Assembly: GCF_006345805.1 (NCBI RefSeq) | Contig: NC_043002.1 | Coordinates: forward strand, 120,094,001-120,158,000 | DNA from: Octopus sinensis | Taxonomy: Eukaryota | Length of the DNA stretch: 64,000 nucleotides | Direction of reading: 5' to 3' | Shown: piece by piece, positions 39,769 to 53,439 of the stretch | How the letters are laid out: each line of letters opens with the position of its first letter | Numbering within the stretch: the stretch's first letter is position 1 | Program-made: the position numbers and the translations under genes | Notes under the pieces: generated by a model | What the model was told of the DNA's origin: nothing | Database searches by the model: none | What the model saw: only the letters and a program-made list of their open reading frames with translations

Positions 39769-40097
39769 ATATATATTAAAATTGGGGAAGGCCGATTTAT
39801 GGAATTACCTTAGGTTTTCCGTCCATAATAAATTTAGCCTTATGACGTATCACCAGATCTCAAAATCCTGTTGGCTCATGACCGCTTAAATGCCCCCTCC
39901 ATATTTTTAAGAAGTGTATTCACTAATGACATATAACTACATCTGTCATAGTTGGGAGTGTTTACATAGTTATAGTGGCATATAAGAAACAAAACAAGGC
40001 AAAATAAACACTAGCATGGATTAGCAATCTCCAGATTGGTGTCCATCTGATAGCCTGGACCGCAGATGAGATTAATACAATAATCTCCAATATTAAC

Positions 40098-40177
<80 letters not shown>

Positions 40178-40180
<3 letters not shown>

Positions 40181-40328
40181 TCTCTTTGTTTTTTCTGTGT
40201 ACCTTTCTGTAGAAGAGCGTAGACTCGAAACGTAAAAGACTTTTTCTATTCCTGAGCCTTATACTAATACATCTGTTTGTTTTGTACACCACCTTTCTTC
40301 GTCTTTTGTTTTTGTTTTCGTAAATTCT

Positions 40329-40332
<4 letters not shown>
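40178..40332 (+). mobile_element. Small repeat with hammerhead-like motif (Penelope pLTR/retrozyme-like), copy 1
   Basis: CCTTT CTGTAGA A GAGC GTAG ACTC GAAACGTA AAAGA at 40202-40239; (TA)n on both sides; homologous to 52571 and 59870. Confidence 0.65.
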
Positions 40333-40368
<36 letters not shown>

Positions 40369-40932
40369 TTTGTAGAAAGCATAAACCCGAAAAAAGTGTG
40401 TGTGTGTCTGTGTTTGTGTCTATACACTCACACACAAATTCACATACACACATATATGAATAATTTATACATGTTTTTGCATGCGGACATCTGCTAAATA
40501 ATGAAGACTACCGGTCCATCTATGTTGGTGTTTATTAACTAAGGACTCGATATTCGACATTTTCTCCAGCTGCAATACTCTCATCTCATGTGCATGAAAT
40601 CTTTATAGGATCGTCAGGATATCACACAAGCATATATACATCCATCCATACGTCCAACCATCCATCCATTCATCCATCCATACATATATGTATGTGTACC
40701 ACGCGTGTGTTTGTTTATTGTATGCACGGACACATTGCAACCTTTAATGAGAAGGTTGCAAAAAGCAACGAAAGTCCTTTGGCAAAGAAATGAGATATTC
40801 AATAAATGAGTGAAATTGACCCAGAGTGTGTTAATAATATTGGCATGATGACTCTCCATAGACACAAAAATATATACCTGTGTGTGTGTGTGAGTGTGTG
40901 TGTGTGTATGTGCGTGTGTATGTAAATATATG

Positions 40933-40970
<38 letters not shown>

Positions 40971-43054
40971 TCGAACATATATGTATGAAACATATATTTG
41001 TTTATGCATAAACATAATCATATTGTATTAGAGATTATATTTTAGGGATTAAATTTTTAGTGTCGATATCATCCCTAAATATTATATTTGTTTTGTAGTT
41101 TTTTGTGCTTGTTTTGTATGCAAGAATTACAATCCATACTATTCTACATTGCGTTTTTATCTTTCGCAGACAAACAGTGATAAAGCATTGAGTGACTCAG
41201 TACAATAGAGTGTTCAATTAGTGAAAGCAAGCGTCGTCGAATGTAGTAGATAACGTTGTGCATCACTTTTATTATCTTTCTACTGTCTTCGCCATCTTTA
41301 CTGCTTCGTATTTATATATTCAGATTATAATTGCTAGCAAACAATAAATAAATAAATCTATTCAGCAAATCAATATTGATACTGTTTCACAATATCATCC
41401 TTTTCATTTAATGATAATTTCTTTCAAAATATACTTCTGTGTATTTATTTTCCATTTTGCTACCGAATCTATAATCTGTTTAGTTCCACTCAAGTTCACA
41501 ATACAAGTTTTAATTCGTTCATTCATTTTGTTTATTTGCAATGTAAAGATAAAGCTGAAATTTAAAAGCATGTTTCAGAACTTACTCTTTGGTAGCATGC
41601 ATGTAATCCAGACGTCATAATTAATACGCATTTTAATACTGTATTCGAACTAATTAAGTGAGTTGAAATAATCTTGAAAATATTCAAAATTTCATTAACT
41701 CCTGTTAGAAAACCTCAAGCAAGTTGATTTATGTGGCAATGGATATTCAACAGTCCATACGATCAATATAGTAGCCGGGAAATGACTGTAGTATGAATTG
41801 TAGTTAATTATATTAGCAATAATGGTTGCATTAGTGGCAGAAATCTTCTAGCTAACTTTCAATAGATGATTCTGTTGTTCGACATTTGAATATGACCAGC
41901 TTTGATACAGATAATTCCTGAATTCGGAACAGTTCAAGTATTACTAATATTATTCTCACAATAAGTACACTAATTAATTTCATTGTAATTAAGTATTAAA
42001 CTTACCTTTATGAAACTTCGGCATCGTCATCTTACTTCAGTGAGCTTTGAACTAAGCAAGTGAACAACCATATTTAATGTTTTATATAATGTATTAGGTC
42101 AGTTTATCTTGATAAGTAATAGAAAAAGTTATTCTTCGAACTTCTGCAATAATGTGACATGTTATATATCACATTATTGCACTTAATTGCAATTTAAAGA
42201 TATTGAAATCAAATTTTGTTTTATCTCACAGAAAAGATTCAGTTTCAAAAAATTATTGCTAAATATAATAAATTCTCGTAAGTTCCAATACGTCAATTGC
42301 ATGTTTGTATTTTATCTAGAACGGTTATTTGCGAAATGAATAAATTTGATATACTGGTTAATTTTTAACAACCCAGTCAGCAACTTTTCCATAAAATTAT
42401 CTTTATCTACTTTTAAAATATTAATGTTTATTTATTGATATGTAACCTTAACCACAACATTCTACTATATAGTTCTTGGCATGGGAGTCGAAGGTTATAG
42501 ATCAGTCGATATATAAAGCTGTAGAAATTATGAATCTTTCAAGCGTATTAATAAGATAACTATGAAATAGTGTATTTCAATGGGTAAAAATTTTACACAA
42601 ACTATGTTGATTTCTAGTATGATCTGCAGAGAAGCAAATCTAAACAAACAATGAAATATCTATTTATAGTATTTTATAGTCCGAAGGTAAAAGCGTTTGA
42701 GAAGTGGTAGAAAATTATTTGCAATAATATGCAATTGAATTTTCTTGACTTTGTTGGATATTTAAAATTTATAGGAAAGTTTAGTATAAAAATGAGATAA
42801 TTTATAATATATTCTTTTCATACGGATTGGATAAATGTCAAGGTAATTCTACTAAATGTGATTGAAAAAGACACAGTAATTTCTCAAACTGGAGGTTTTT
42901 TTTTGTTATGATACATCAAGTTACAATAGAGGGAAAATACAAAAATCAGAAAATTAAGACAAATGGACGGAAACTTCTCTTTGCACAGGTCATCTGATGT
43001 TAACTCTGTAGTTACATGAAGATAATAAAAATGAATAAATATCTCAAATGAATG

Positions 43055-43057
<3 letters not shown>

Positions 43058-43105
<48 letters not shown>

Positions 43106-43120
43106 ATATATATAATATAT

Positions 43121-43153
<33 letters not shown>

Positions 43154-43190
43154 GTGTGTGTATGTGTGTGTTTGTGTGTGTGTGTATATA
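43058..43190. repeat. (TA)n-(TG)n microsatellite
   Basis: Read directly. Confidence 0.95.
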
Positions 43191-44393
43191 ACAGGTTCGT
43201 TACGACGTTCTTCTCATAACGCTTCTATCACAATATATGAAGATAGACATCGACAACTTAAAAATACGTTGCATTTGAAATTATAACAAAAAGAGGAAAT
43301 CCAATTTCCCAGCAACAAAATAAACCTAAATATCTTATAAAATACACATGATTACACAACTGAATTTGATTTATAGTGACTGTGTATGAATTCATAGAAA
43401 ATTAAAGATTACAGGTATGTCGTCAGTCATGTGTTCCTTTACGACTGTATACTAAATTTAGAAAGATAATCAACCGATAAATGTCGACTATGTGATGAGA
43501 AAGTTTAGTATATCTGACATAGTAGAAAAATATTCTCAGCCTCCCGTAATTTTCTAACAGACGATGAATGGTAGGTATCATTTCCTTAAACTAGTTTTCA
43601 AGAAGTCTGTTTTCTAGCTCTCAATGTCGTCTTTCCAAGAATAGAAAATATAAGCTTTGGACGTTAGCCATTGTTGCTTTTTTGTTCTCCAGTATAACTT
43701 ATGCCGGCTTACTCTTAGTCGGCCAGCTATCTCCAGCCTTTGTGACTATATATATCTACTATCATTTACTTATTCAAAGTGTAACGAATTGGATGCTTGT
43801 TATATATAACATGTTTTAGTTTCTTTGTACAAAATACTAGAATGATTATCTGCTACTTTTTTATATTAGCCTATCAGTAACTCTTCTGGGATAATATTCT
43901 GATTCAATTATACAACTGGCTGCTTGACAATGCGGCTGAGTAAATCTATGAAACAATCGATTCTTGATATACTTTTCTATGAAACATCTACAATGATCGG
44001 TGAAAACTTGGTGAACCACCGCTAATACTGAAATTTGAAAAAAAAATTCTTCCATTACATAAAATCGCATGCACAAGTATGACTTGGATGACATCGGATG
44101 TTCACTGGTATACAAACTGATAAATGTGTATATTTTTTATACTTTCGTGTTAGGCAGATATTGCAGTGAACTGAGAGGTTCTCAAAAACTGAATTCAAAC
44201 TTTCGATTATCAAAAGGAACTGCTTCACTTGCACAACAAATCTTCCACTTATGCATTCTACACTCAGATGTTCAGGCGCATGCGTAAACGCTTTCATACA
44301 CAATTCATTTATGTGGAATTGATCAGCAAAAATGTTATAGAGGTATTTCAAACGATGTGATGAGTAATAATATAAAGATACATAGTTATGTGT

Positions 44394-44774
44394 GGAGGCG
44401 CAATGGCCCAGTGGTTAGGGCAGCGGACTCGCGGTCGTAGGATCTCGGTTTCGATTCCCAGACCGGGCGTTCTGAGTGTTTATTGAGCGAAAACACCTAA
44501 ACCTCCACGAGGCTCCGGCAGGGATGGTGGTGATCCCTGCTGTACTCTTTCACCACAACTTTCTCTCACTCTTACTTCCTGTTTCTGTTGTACCTGTATT
44601 TCAAGGGGCCGGCCTTGTCACTCTCTGTGTCATGCTGAATATCCCCGAGAACTACGTTAAGGGTACACGTGTCTGTGGAGTGCTCAGCCACTTACACGTT
44701 AATTTCACGAGCAGGCTGTTCTGTTGATCGGATCAACCGGAACCCTCGTCGTCGTAACCGACGGAGTGCTTCAA
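44394..44774 (+). mobile_element. SINE family B, full length with 14-bp TSD
   Basis: A-box TGGCCCAGTGG, B-box-like GGTTTCGATTCCC; TSD ACATAGTTATGTGT at 44380-44393 and 44775-44788. Confidence 0.92.
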
Positions 44775-45077
44775 ACATAGTTATGTGTTCCTCTGTGTCA
44801 AACAGTCTCACACACATGCACATACCCAAACACACATATGTATACATGTGTGTATATATTCATACCCACATATACGAATCACATATACACAAACATCTAT
44901 GCAAGAATACGTGTTTATATGTGTGTAAGAGCGCGTACATGATTATATGTAGTAGGGAGTGTCTCATTTTTACACCCACCTGTGAATATAATAACATAAT
45001 TTTTATCTTCATTGATGTTTCTTTTGCGTATCATAATATTGACCATATATTGACCATATATAAGACCTGTGATTTCG

Positions 45078-45257
45078 GGAGAGCGTGGACGTCGATTACA
45101 TCGATTCCAGAGCTCAACTGGTACTTATTTGTCGTTCCCTAAAGGATGAAAAGCAAAGTCGACCCCAGCAGAATTTGAACTCAGAATGTGAAGACGGATA
45201 AAATGCCGCTCAGCATTTCACCCAGCGTGTTAACAGTTCTGCTAACTCTCCGCCTTA
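45078..45257 (-). mobile_element. SINE family C, diverged
   Basis: Reverse complement shows AAGGCGGAGAGTTAGCAGAA...GGGGTCGACTTTGCTTTTCATCCTTTAGGG. Confidence 0.75.
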
Positions 45258-45273
45258 TAATATTGCATCATAT

Positions 45274-46084
45274 ACTAGCAGTATAGCCCGGCGTTGCTCG
45301 GGTTTGCTTTTTAGTTGCGCTTAAAACGGCAGACTTTGATGTCGCGTTAACAAAGTTTTGACATAGTTTCAATCTATGACTAAAAGTATAGTGTGGCGAT
45401 GCTCGGGTTTGCTCTGAATGTGCTGCAAATGTGTAATGCCGACTTCAGTTGTTGGTAATATTGGCTAATATTCCTTGTATTAATATTATGGAGATAAAAA
45501 TTACCCGTAGATTTAAATAAAAATGAAGATCAAGTTTCGAATTGCACTGAAAATCTTTTAAGAAGTTAACACTGTAACAGTATTCAATAAGAAAAAGTAC
45601 AGGAAAATCCAATAAGTTAGTAAGAAGTTTGTGGTTAAAAAAATGTTATTTTGAAGCCAAACGAGTGGGCAACATGAGTCGTGGTTGTACCTGTAAAAGG
45701 AATAAAATCGACAATTTTACATCACGTATAACTAAAAAGAATCTGAAATATCAAAACATACCCATTGAAGGTTTGACTTGAACATCGTAGATAGTAACAG
45801 CATGCAGATCGTACTTTTTCTGGCTGAAATACACTGAAAAATGCCGACACAGCTGTCAAAAAATTGTAAAAAAATGGGGATTTTCATAGAAAAAAAGCAC
45901 CTTTTTGATGTAAATAATTTATGATCTTAACATGTTCTGATTTGAACTTTTTTCTTCTACGGAATTAAGAGCAAGCCTTCTTCTATCATACTGTCAATTT
46001 TAGCCACCTTGTAACGCAGGGTCTCGGAGCTGATGGTGTTAGTTGAAGACTACCGAACCTGTCACACACACACAAACATTTCAG

Positions 46085-46100
<16 letters not shown>
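45274..46100 (+). mobile_element. Non-autonomous Helitron/Helentron (HINE)-like element, ~830 bp
   Basis: Start ACTAGCAGTATAGCCCGGCGTTGCTCGGGTTTG shared with 21295; end ACACACACAAACATTTCAGCTTTATATATATA resembles HINE 3' ends (from memory); continuity of the interior is assumed. Confidence 0.5.
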
Positions 46101-46132
<32 letters not shown>

Positions 46133-46379
46133 ATGTATTTGAAATATTAAAATTACTAAGTCTCTCTAAAGGAGATTACGGCAGCGTTACTGGATATTAA
46201 TAGTTATCGCCAAACTAATATGACAGTCCATAAATATAAGACTAAAGCTGTCGCTGAATAGCTCTAAGAGGCCATCGCCTCTAGCTAGCTATATGACACA
46301 CGAACCTGCATCCATTGCAACCTTCGAACAGGGGAGGTCAGCCGCTTCACCTTGCTGGTCAGACATCTGCAGACATGTT

Positions 46380-48692
46380 TCAGGGTTGTTGCCCCTTATC
46401 AATGCAGCGTAGACAGACCCAGCAGGTGTCGCTACCGACCGTCTGTCCGAAGATTTTATGTTCAAAAGAACAAATAGAGAAGTGTTTACACCGAATTTAG
46501 AATAGAATCACGTACAAGGGGGAAGAAATTCGGCACTGTGGAAGTGAGATCCACACAGAAAACGAAGCCAAACAACAATCCACACTACCACCAAATTCAG
46601 AAAAAATGGTGTTCCTGCCGACCAATCTCGGTCGGCGAGTCTCCAAAGTAAGAATCGGGGTAATACCCTCAGAATTGGGCATTTGCTGGGTTGTCACGGC
46701 CGTCCTTTCGACATTGGGGATAAAATAGAAGTTCTACAGATGATCAAGCTGCACCAGCAAAACTGGCGGGGCCAAGGTCTGGGAATTTTAATTCAAACCA
46801 ACCATGAAACACTTAAAGATGTTTCGGACCTTGTCCTCCTACCAGACAGTGCAAGAATATATTACAGGGAAATAACAACCGCCAATAGCACAACAGAAAC
46901 AACAACAGCAGTACAAAAGGAACCAACCGAAATGATTTACCTCTACCTAAATCTGACTCGGACATCCACATAGATATAAACAGTGAAGGGTGAAGGGAGG
47001 TCCCCAAAAGAAAAAATAACGAGAAGCTGGCATCTCTCCACAATACAGATACGCACGCACACACCCCAACACACAAAACCTACAGCACCATCACTACTAG
47101 CTCCAGTGCCGGCACCGCGCACGCAGAAAAAACACCATCAAAAACCGCGCTAAACCTCACAACAATAAATACAAGCAATGCGCAACTCATGGATTACATA
47201 TATGAACACACAGACATCGCCATAAAAGTTTTTCTATGTACACCACCCGGCTCACCACAATACATACAGTCTCCATTTCGAACAACAACTTCATCAACTT
47301 AAAAGTAAATTTTCCCAATGCAGAGGGCAACTTCCAAAAGACAATAAGTAAAACAATGTACAAAAATCTGATTGTGGAAACACCCACAGCCAGCCAGAGG
47401 AGTGTGAAAACCACTCACCCTCCCTTAGCTCAGAAACAGTAAGTACTACATTGTTTCTTTTCATTATCCATCATGGTCACGCTCAAGTTAGGCAGTCTGA
47501 ATGTACACGGCCTGGGATCGCTTTGGAAGCAGAGACGTTTACTCAACGACCGCAGGTCACTAGAATTGGATGTCGTAGCAATTAGAGAAACCAGTGTGAC
47601 CGGGCCGCAAGCTTTCAGCGATGATTACGAGATCTACGCATCTCCGTGTCAGCCGCGGTGGGTGGGTTGGACCTGCGTTTTTGTTCAGGAAAGGTCTGGA
47701 TCTGGAGCTCAGGGCAGCCTATGTGTACCCAGAAGTCAAGCTGGTCGTCCTTGATGTGAATAGTACGGAGGATGTTGCCTTCATACTGGTCACTGTCTGT
47801 GCACCGACAGATGTTGAACAGTCAGATTATTTCGGGCGTCTGGAGACTTTCCTGGGAACGTCTCATTTTTTTAGTATTAGGGGGCGATTTCAACACAGAC
47901 CTAGGTTTACGTGTGGACTGTGTAGTGTCAAAAAGCAGTAGAAGCGGAAATAAATGCCTCGCAAACCTGCTCAAACGTTTTCCATTGTTTGACAGGTATC
48001 GACTGATTTCCTGAATATGCCAATGTAGACTGCCAATGTAGATCGTTTTTAGATAGGGTTTTCATTAAGAAAGAAACAAAAGAGAGGATAAATTAGTTAG
48101 ATCTTTAGAAGAGGTTTTAAGGGTAGGTAGTGCAACCGAAGTGCAAGCAGCGAGATTGGCCCTCGACCAACACCCCAATGCTGAGTACAAAGGTTTCATT
48201 GTCAGAGCTAAGGCAAATGCTATAAGGCAAGAGGGGATTAACGCTGCTTACTGGGCAACAAAGTCACCATTCGGTCTTTGGTTGACCGAAATGGGTGCAT
48301 GCTCAATCTTATGTGTGCGGCCTTTCTGTGGCACTTCGGTTGAGAGGAGTAGTGCGCTAGAACACAGGATGTATTGCATGGAATTCCTCGTTGGCCTGCC
48401 GTGGCTCTCGGCAAGGGAGGCAGAGCATTGCGGAGGACGAATAGCAGCCAAAGAGATGGTAGACTGCACGGCGAGCAAGTCACAGTGTTTGGATGGTCTG
48501 TCCTACGAAATTTATAATAGTATGCTAGACTTGTTTGGAGGCCTTCTGGCAGACATATACGGCAACTGGTAACACAATGGAAGAATGCAGATTTGAAGTG
48601 GTTGGCGCTTGTCGTCGAGAAACTGGTTGGTGATGCGCAAACCTGCGCCATCCCGAACAACCTCCATCGCATGCGCTACACCATTGATAAGG
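46380..48692 (+). mobile_element. Decayed, multiply deleted Tx1/L1-like LINE of a second, diverged family
   Basis: ORF1 remnants EQIEKCL, PTNLGRRVSKVRI, NWRGQG align with DKVEKCL, PSYLGQKVTKVII, DWLGKR; ORF2 from 47473 MVTLKLGSLNVHGLGSLWKQ, GDFN, ARLALDQH, CLDGLSYEIYN; lost after the start of RT; 5' boundary approximate. Confidence 0.85.
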
Positions 48693-48770
48693 TGGTATAT
48701 AGTTTTCCTTTTTGATGATACATTGCTAAACAGCTACCAAATTCAATTATATATATGTGTGTGTGTGTGT

Positions 48771-49190
48771 GTGCAGTCGTGGCTGTGTAATAAGAAGGTT
48801 ACATGAACAAAAAAATGGACCACATGGTCCCGGGTTCAGTCCCATTGCGTGGCACCTTGGGCAAGTGTCTTCTACTATAGCCTCGGGCCGACCAGAGCCT
48901 TGTGAGTGGATTTGGTAGACTGAAACTGAAAGAAGCACGTCGTATATATATATATGTGTGGAGGGGGGTGTTCGTGTGTGTGCGTGTATCTATGCATATG
49001 TGTCTGTCTTTGTCCTCCCCATCCACTGCTTGACAACCGGTCTTAGTGGTTCCACAAAAGAAATCGATAGAATAAGTCCCAGGCTTCAAAGAAAGCACTG
49101 AAGTCGATGATATATTCGACTATAAATTCTTCATGGCGGTGCCCCAGCATGGCCGCAGTCTACTGACCGAAACAAGTAAAAGATAAAAGA
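48771..49190 (+). mobile_element. SINE family A, diverged with a short insertion in the head
   Basis: CACATGGTCCCGGGTTCAGTCCCA...CAGCATGGCCGCAGTC...GAAACAAGTAAAAGA. Confidence 0.8.
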
Positions 49191-49838
49191 TATATGTACA
49201 TATAAAACACTATTATTTTCTTTACATCTTATGCAAAGTCTAAATTTGTAAGTTCAATACTAAATTCTGTATATTACATACATTTGTAATTTTCTAGGTA
49301 TTATTATTTGGCGGAATACAAAATTGTTCGTTCATAAAAGAACTAATCTAATACGGGTGAAAACGGACGTGGGAAAGTGTGTAATACAAGATAATTTATC
49401 ATATTCACACAAAATGAAAACGGTTCATAGTATTCATTTTCCTTTCCTTCTCTGTTTGCATGAGCAAAAAAAAATGTACATTGGCGAATGCGAGATCAAT
49501 ATAAGTATAAAGTTATTCAGTAAGATGTGCTCTGTTCTGTTTTCCAACAGCACTGATGCATATTGGCAGCTGTCATCGTTTACATTGATTAAAGAGACAT
49601 GGACCAATTCTTTGCGTCAGAAAGAGATTTGAGTTCCAATCACTTTGGATTAAATAAAAGGAAGAAACAGTAGTAAATGAAATGCAGTGTAGAGTGATGT
49701 AAAGTAAAGAAGAAAAAACTGAGGTGAAATTGAGCGTTGCAGAAATCTGAAGATTTCTCGAAATTGACTTACCTCGTAATTTTACATATTTCTCTATCTC
49801 CCTTTTTCTCTCTCAATACACACACAAGCATATGCACT

Positions 49839-49842
<4 letters not shown>

Positions 49843-49905
<63 letters not shown>

Positions 49906-50030
49906 GTGTGTGTGTGTGTTTGTGTGTGTATATATAGATTTATGTTATACACATCAATTTATGTTATACACTATCAATTTATGTTATACACTATCAATAC
50001 ATCTATTACCACTCAAATACATTCAGACAT

Positions 50031-50062
<32 letters not shown>

Positions 50063-50064
50063 AT

Positions 50065-50123
<59 letters not shown>

Positions 50124-50184
50124 TGTACATATCTATATATATATCTATATCTATATCTATATATATTATATATATATATAAATG

Positions 50185-50238
<54 letters not shown>
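49843..50238. repeat. (TA)n-rich tract containing a ~21-bp tandem triplication (ATTTATGTTATACACTATCA, ~49938-49999)
   Basis: Read directly. Confidence 0.85.
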
Positions 50239-50241
<3 letters not shown>

Positions 50242-51037
50242 AGTAGTTGAATGAATTATCTTATTATGGATAATTCGAATTAACCGGTACCTGGGTAGCA
50301 AATTCACATCAGAAAAAACACGGTTGAGGTTACGTGCCTAGGGCATACATTACGTGCTTTCGTGTGGAAATTTGTATGTTTATTTTAAAAATATAAATAT
50401 ATGAAAGAATGGAGTTGAACGACGAATTAACAAAATTCCTTTATTTTCGACATATGTTTCGAAGGCTGCATATTCCTAATTGCGAAGGAATGAGGAGTAC
50501 ATTATACCGCTTTCTCCGCCAAATAATAATATATATATCGTGTAGGAAGGGCACATCTGTTTATTCTGGTGTTACAATCCAGTATGCATTTATTGTGTTG
50601 GTGTGAGTTACATATTAGATTTGATAATTCTGGTAAAATTGTCTGCAGAGTTACTATATATTAGAACAGGAAATTTGAAAAAAATTATTATTCAGTCATC
50701 ATTACGTATGTGAATCCTATTAGCAAATAGAACATCTGTAATAGGGATTAAATAATACCAAAACGTTTCAGAAGTTCCTACTTTTATCCACCCATCCATA
50801 TAAATGTATACATACATTCATATACGAACATAATCCATACCGGAGCCCTGTTTGTTAACCAAATTTTCTCTTAGATGCGTAACTGAATATACATATATTA
50901 AACTTTTAATACTTTTGATATATATTTAAAATAATATAAATTAATTAATTTTATGTATTGGCTTAAGTTTTTCATTGTTTGATTTGCCTAATAGTGGTCT
51001 TATCTCTAATTTAATATAATATATATATATATATATA

Positions 51038-51632
51038 AACTTAGATAAAACTTAGATATGTTTCGACCAGAGATTGGTCCAGGCCATGTCTAACTTAATA
51101 GCACCACCTGATAGGATTATTCGAATCCTGTTTAAGTCAAGTTTTGTTCAAGTAGTGAGTTCTTGTTGGGTGAGTTGTATCCGGTTTTGTTCAAGTAGTG
51201 AGTTCTTGTTGGGTGAGTTGTATCCAATTATGGGTGGCTTATCTGGTATTCTTTGAAGGAATCTATCCAGACTCTGTTTAAAGTTGATGGGATCCTTTTC
51301 CTCTTTGATCTCCCTCGGAACAATGTTAAATAGGGCAGGGCCTGTTGAGAAAAAGAAATTATGTTGCAGTGTACATGTATGTTGTGATCTTGAATTTGGC
51401 AGGGGACGTATAGCCCGTGGTCCAAGTCTTGGATGAACCTTGAAGCTAATGTTTAGGTCGTTTGGGCAAAGTTGGCGGTATATTTTCCACATCGTACAAA
51501 TGATGTACCGCTCACGGCGACGCTGGAGGGAGTAAAGTTTCAAGGCTTTAAGGCGATCCCAATAATCGAGAGCAGCCATGCCTTCAATTTGTTTAGTGAG
51601 AGCCCTCTGGAGTGACTCAATTCTGGAGATGT
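51038..51632 (-). mobile_element. CR1-like LINE, 5'-truncated 3' end
   Basis: [57 protein letters not shown] are typical CR1-group ORF2 C-terminal motifs; 3' stem-loop and short ATCTAAGTTT repeats. Confidence 0.8.
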
Positions 51633-51751
51633 TTTGTCTTGTGTGAGGAGACCACAGTGGGCAGCAGTATTCAAGGTGTGGCCGTACAAAGTAGATATAT
51701 ATATATGTATGTATGTATGTATGTATATATATATAATATATATATATATAT

Positions 51752-51782
<31 letters not shown>

Positions 51783-51787
51783 ATGTA

Positions 51788-51818
<31 letters not shown>

Positions 51819-52570
51819 GTGTGTATATATATATATGTATATATATATATATCGGTTTCGACATAAGTGTTTGAAGGAGAAGACTTAAAATTTAAATCGA
51901 GAAATAGAAAGAAAGAAGAATAATCCATCTATTTGTGATGGATGATTGAATGTAATTTGAGTCCTCGCAATTGGGACACAAATGATTTGGATTTTGTCTA
52001 GGATTGGGCAAGTGTTTCCGTTAATTGCGGGATATAGTTTTCTATTACTCTTTTTCTCCAACTCAAATTGTTTGGATGCATCGTGCCGCATTTTACGCTA
52101 TGCAGATCGATCGAGGCAGTGTCTTTCCCAAGATGTGAAGTTAAGTTGAGCCAGGGAAAGCACACCTGTGTACTAACAGTGTGTACGTACATTCACGCAC
52201 TTACTAATGTAAATACAGATTTGTACTTCCAGATACGAATATATTCACAAATATTGACCATATACCCAACGTCTACGTACAGACACCCTTACCTGTACTC
52301 TGGCATGTATTTCACAGTCCATTGTAGCCTCAAGATCCAACGCAGAAAAGTTTCCAATTGAGCTGACATAAAACAATAACACTGCAATTATTTCAGATCT
52401 CTTCTTTTTAGATGAACAATTACATCATGTAATTTCGTCACGTGAATTAAGAGTAAAATTTGACATTTATGATATTTCTCACAAGCGGTATATAATGCGT
52501 ATTGATCCTCTCATCTGGGCTGCAGTTGTGAGGGTCTCACACACACGCGCGCGCGCGCACATGTATCCCT

Positions 52571-52660
52571 GTTACTTCTGTGTTCCTTTCTGTCGAAGAG
52601 CTTAGGCTCGAAACGTAAAAGGCTTTCTCACTTGCCGAGCGTTAAACTAATACATCTAAT
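52571..52660 (+). mobile_element. Hammerhead-motif repeat, copy 2
   Basis: CCTTT CTGTCGA A GAGC TTAG GCTC GAAACGTA AAAGG at 52585-52622; followed by (TA)n. Confidence 0.65.
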
Positions 52661-52676
52661 GTTTTTTTATAAATTC

Positions 52677-52736
<60 letters not shown>

Positions 52737-52743
52737 CATACAT

Positions 52744-52801
<58 letters not shown>

Positions 52802-52860
52802 ATATATATATATATATATATACATATATACATATATACGTATACATACCTACATACATA
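52661..52860. repeat. (TA)n-(CATA)n-(CA)n microsatellite
   Basis: Read directly. Confidence 0.95.
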
Positions 52861-53395
52861 CGTACATGCATACAAATATAATCAGTTTTACATCTACCGA
52901 GTTGATTTTTGTAACAGGTAATTTTTGTGTTGTGCATGGTGTTTGAACTTGGAATCAGGTTTGTAACGCGTACGTTTTAGCCATAAAGCCATGCTTTAAT
53001 TAGGCATCCTGTGATAATTTAGAAATATCCTGGTATAAAATTTATGGGTGCTAAACAAAACTTGTCTTATACGAAGTAGTGTAATAATTTTTAGTGACAA
53101 TGATCATATTGTTGCCTGAAAAAAGAACCGACTGTTTTAAGATGTAACCATATGCATAGATTTAGAAGAGCTCTTCGGTTGCCTGACTTATCCTGGTACC
53201 CTGTAAACATAGCTAGTGTTTGCATTAAATCCATGGAATTTTAGATCAAAAGCAAAATGAAAAGATATTACAATTAGTGTAACGTTACTATGAGAAATGT
53301 TAAACTTCCTTTGTAGTACCATTTGTTCCGAATTTTTTTGTAGATACATTATAGAGCTTTGTCATAGATTCCAAAGCAAATAAGACCTATTTCAT

Positions 53396-53435
<40 letters not shown>

Positions 53436-53439
<4 letters not shown>

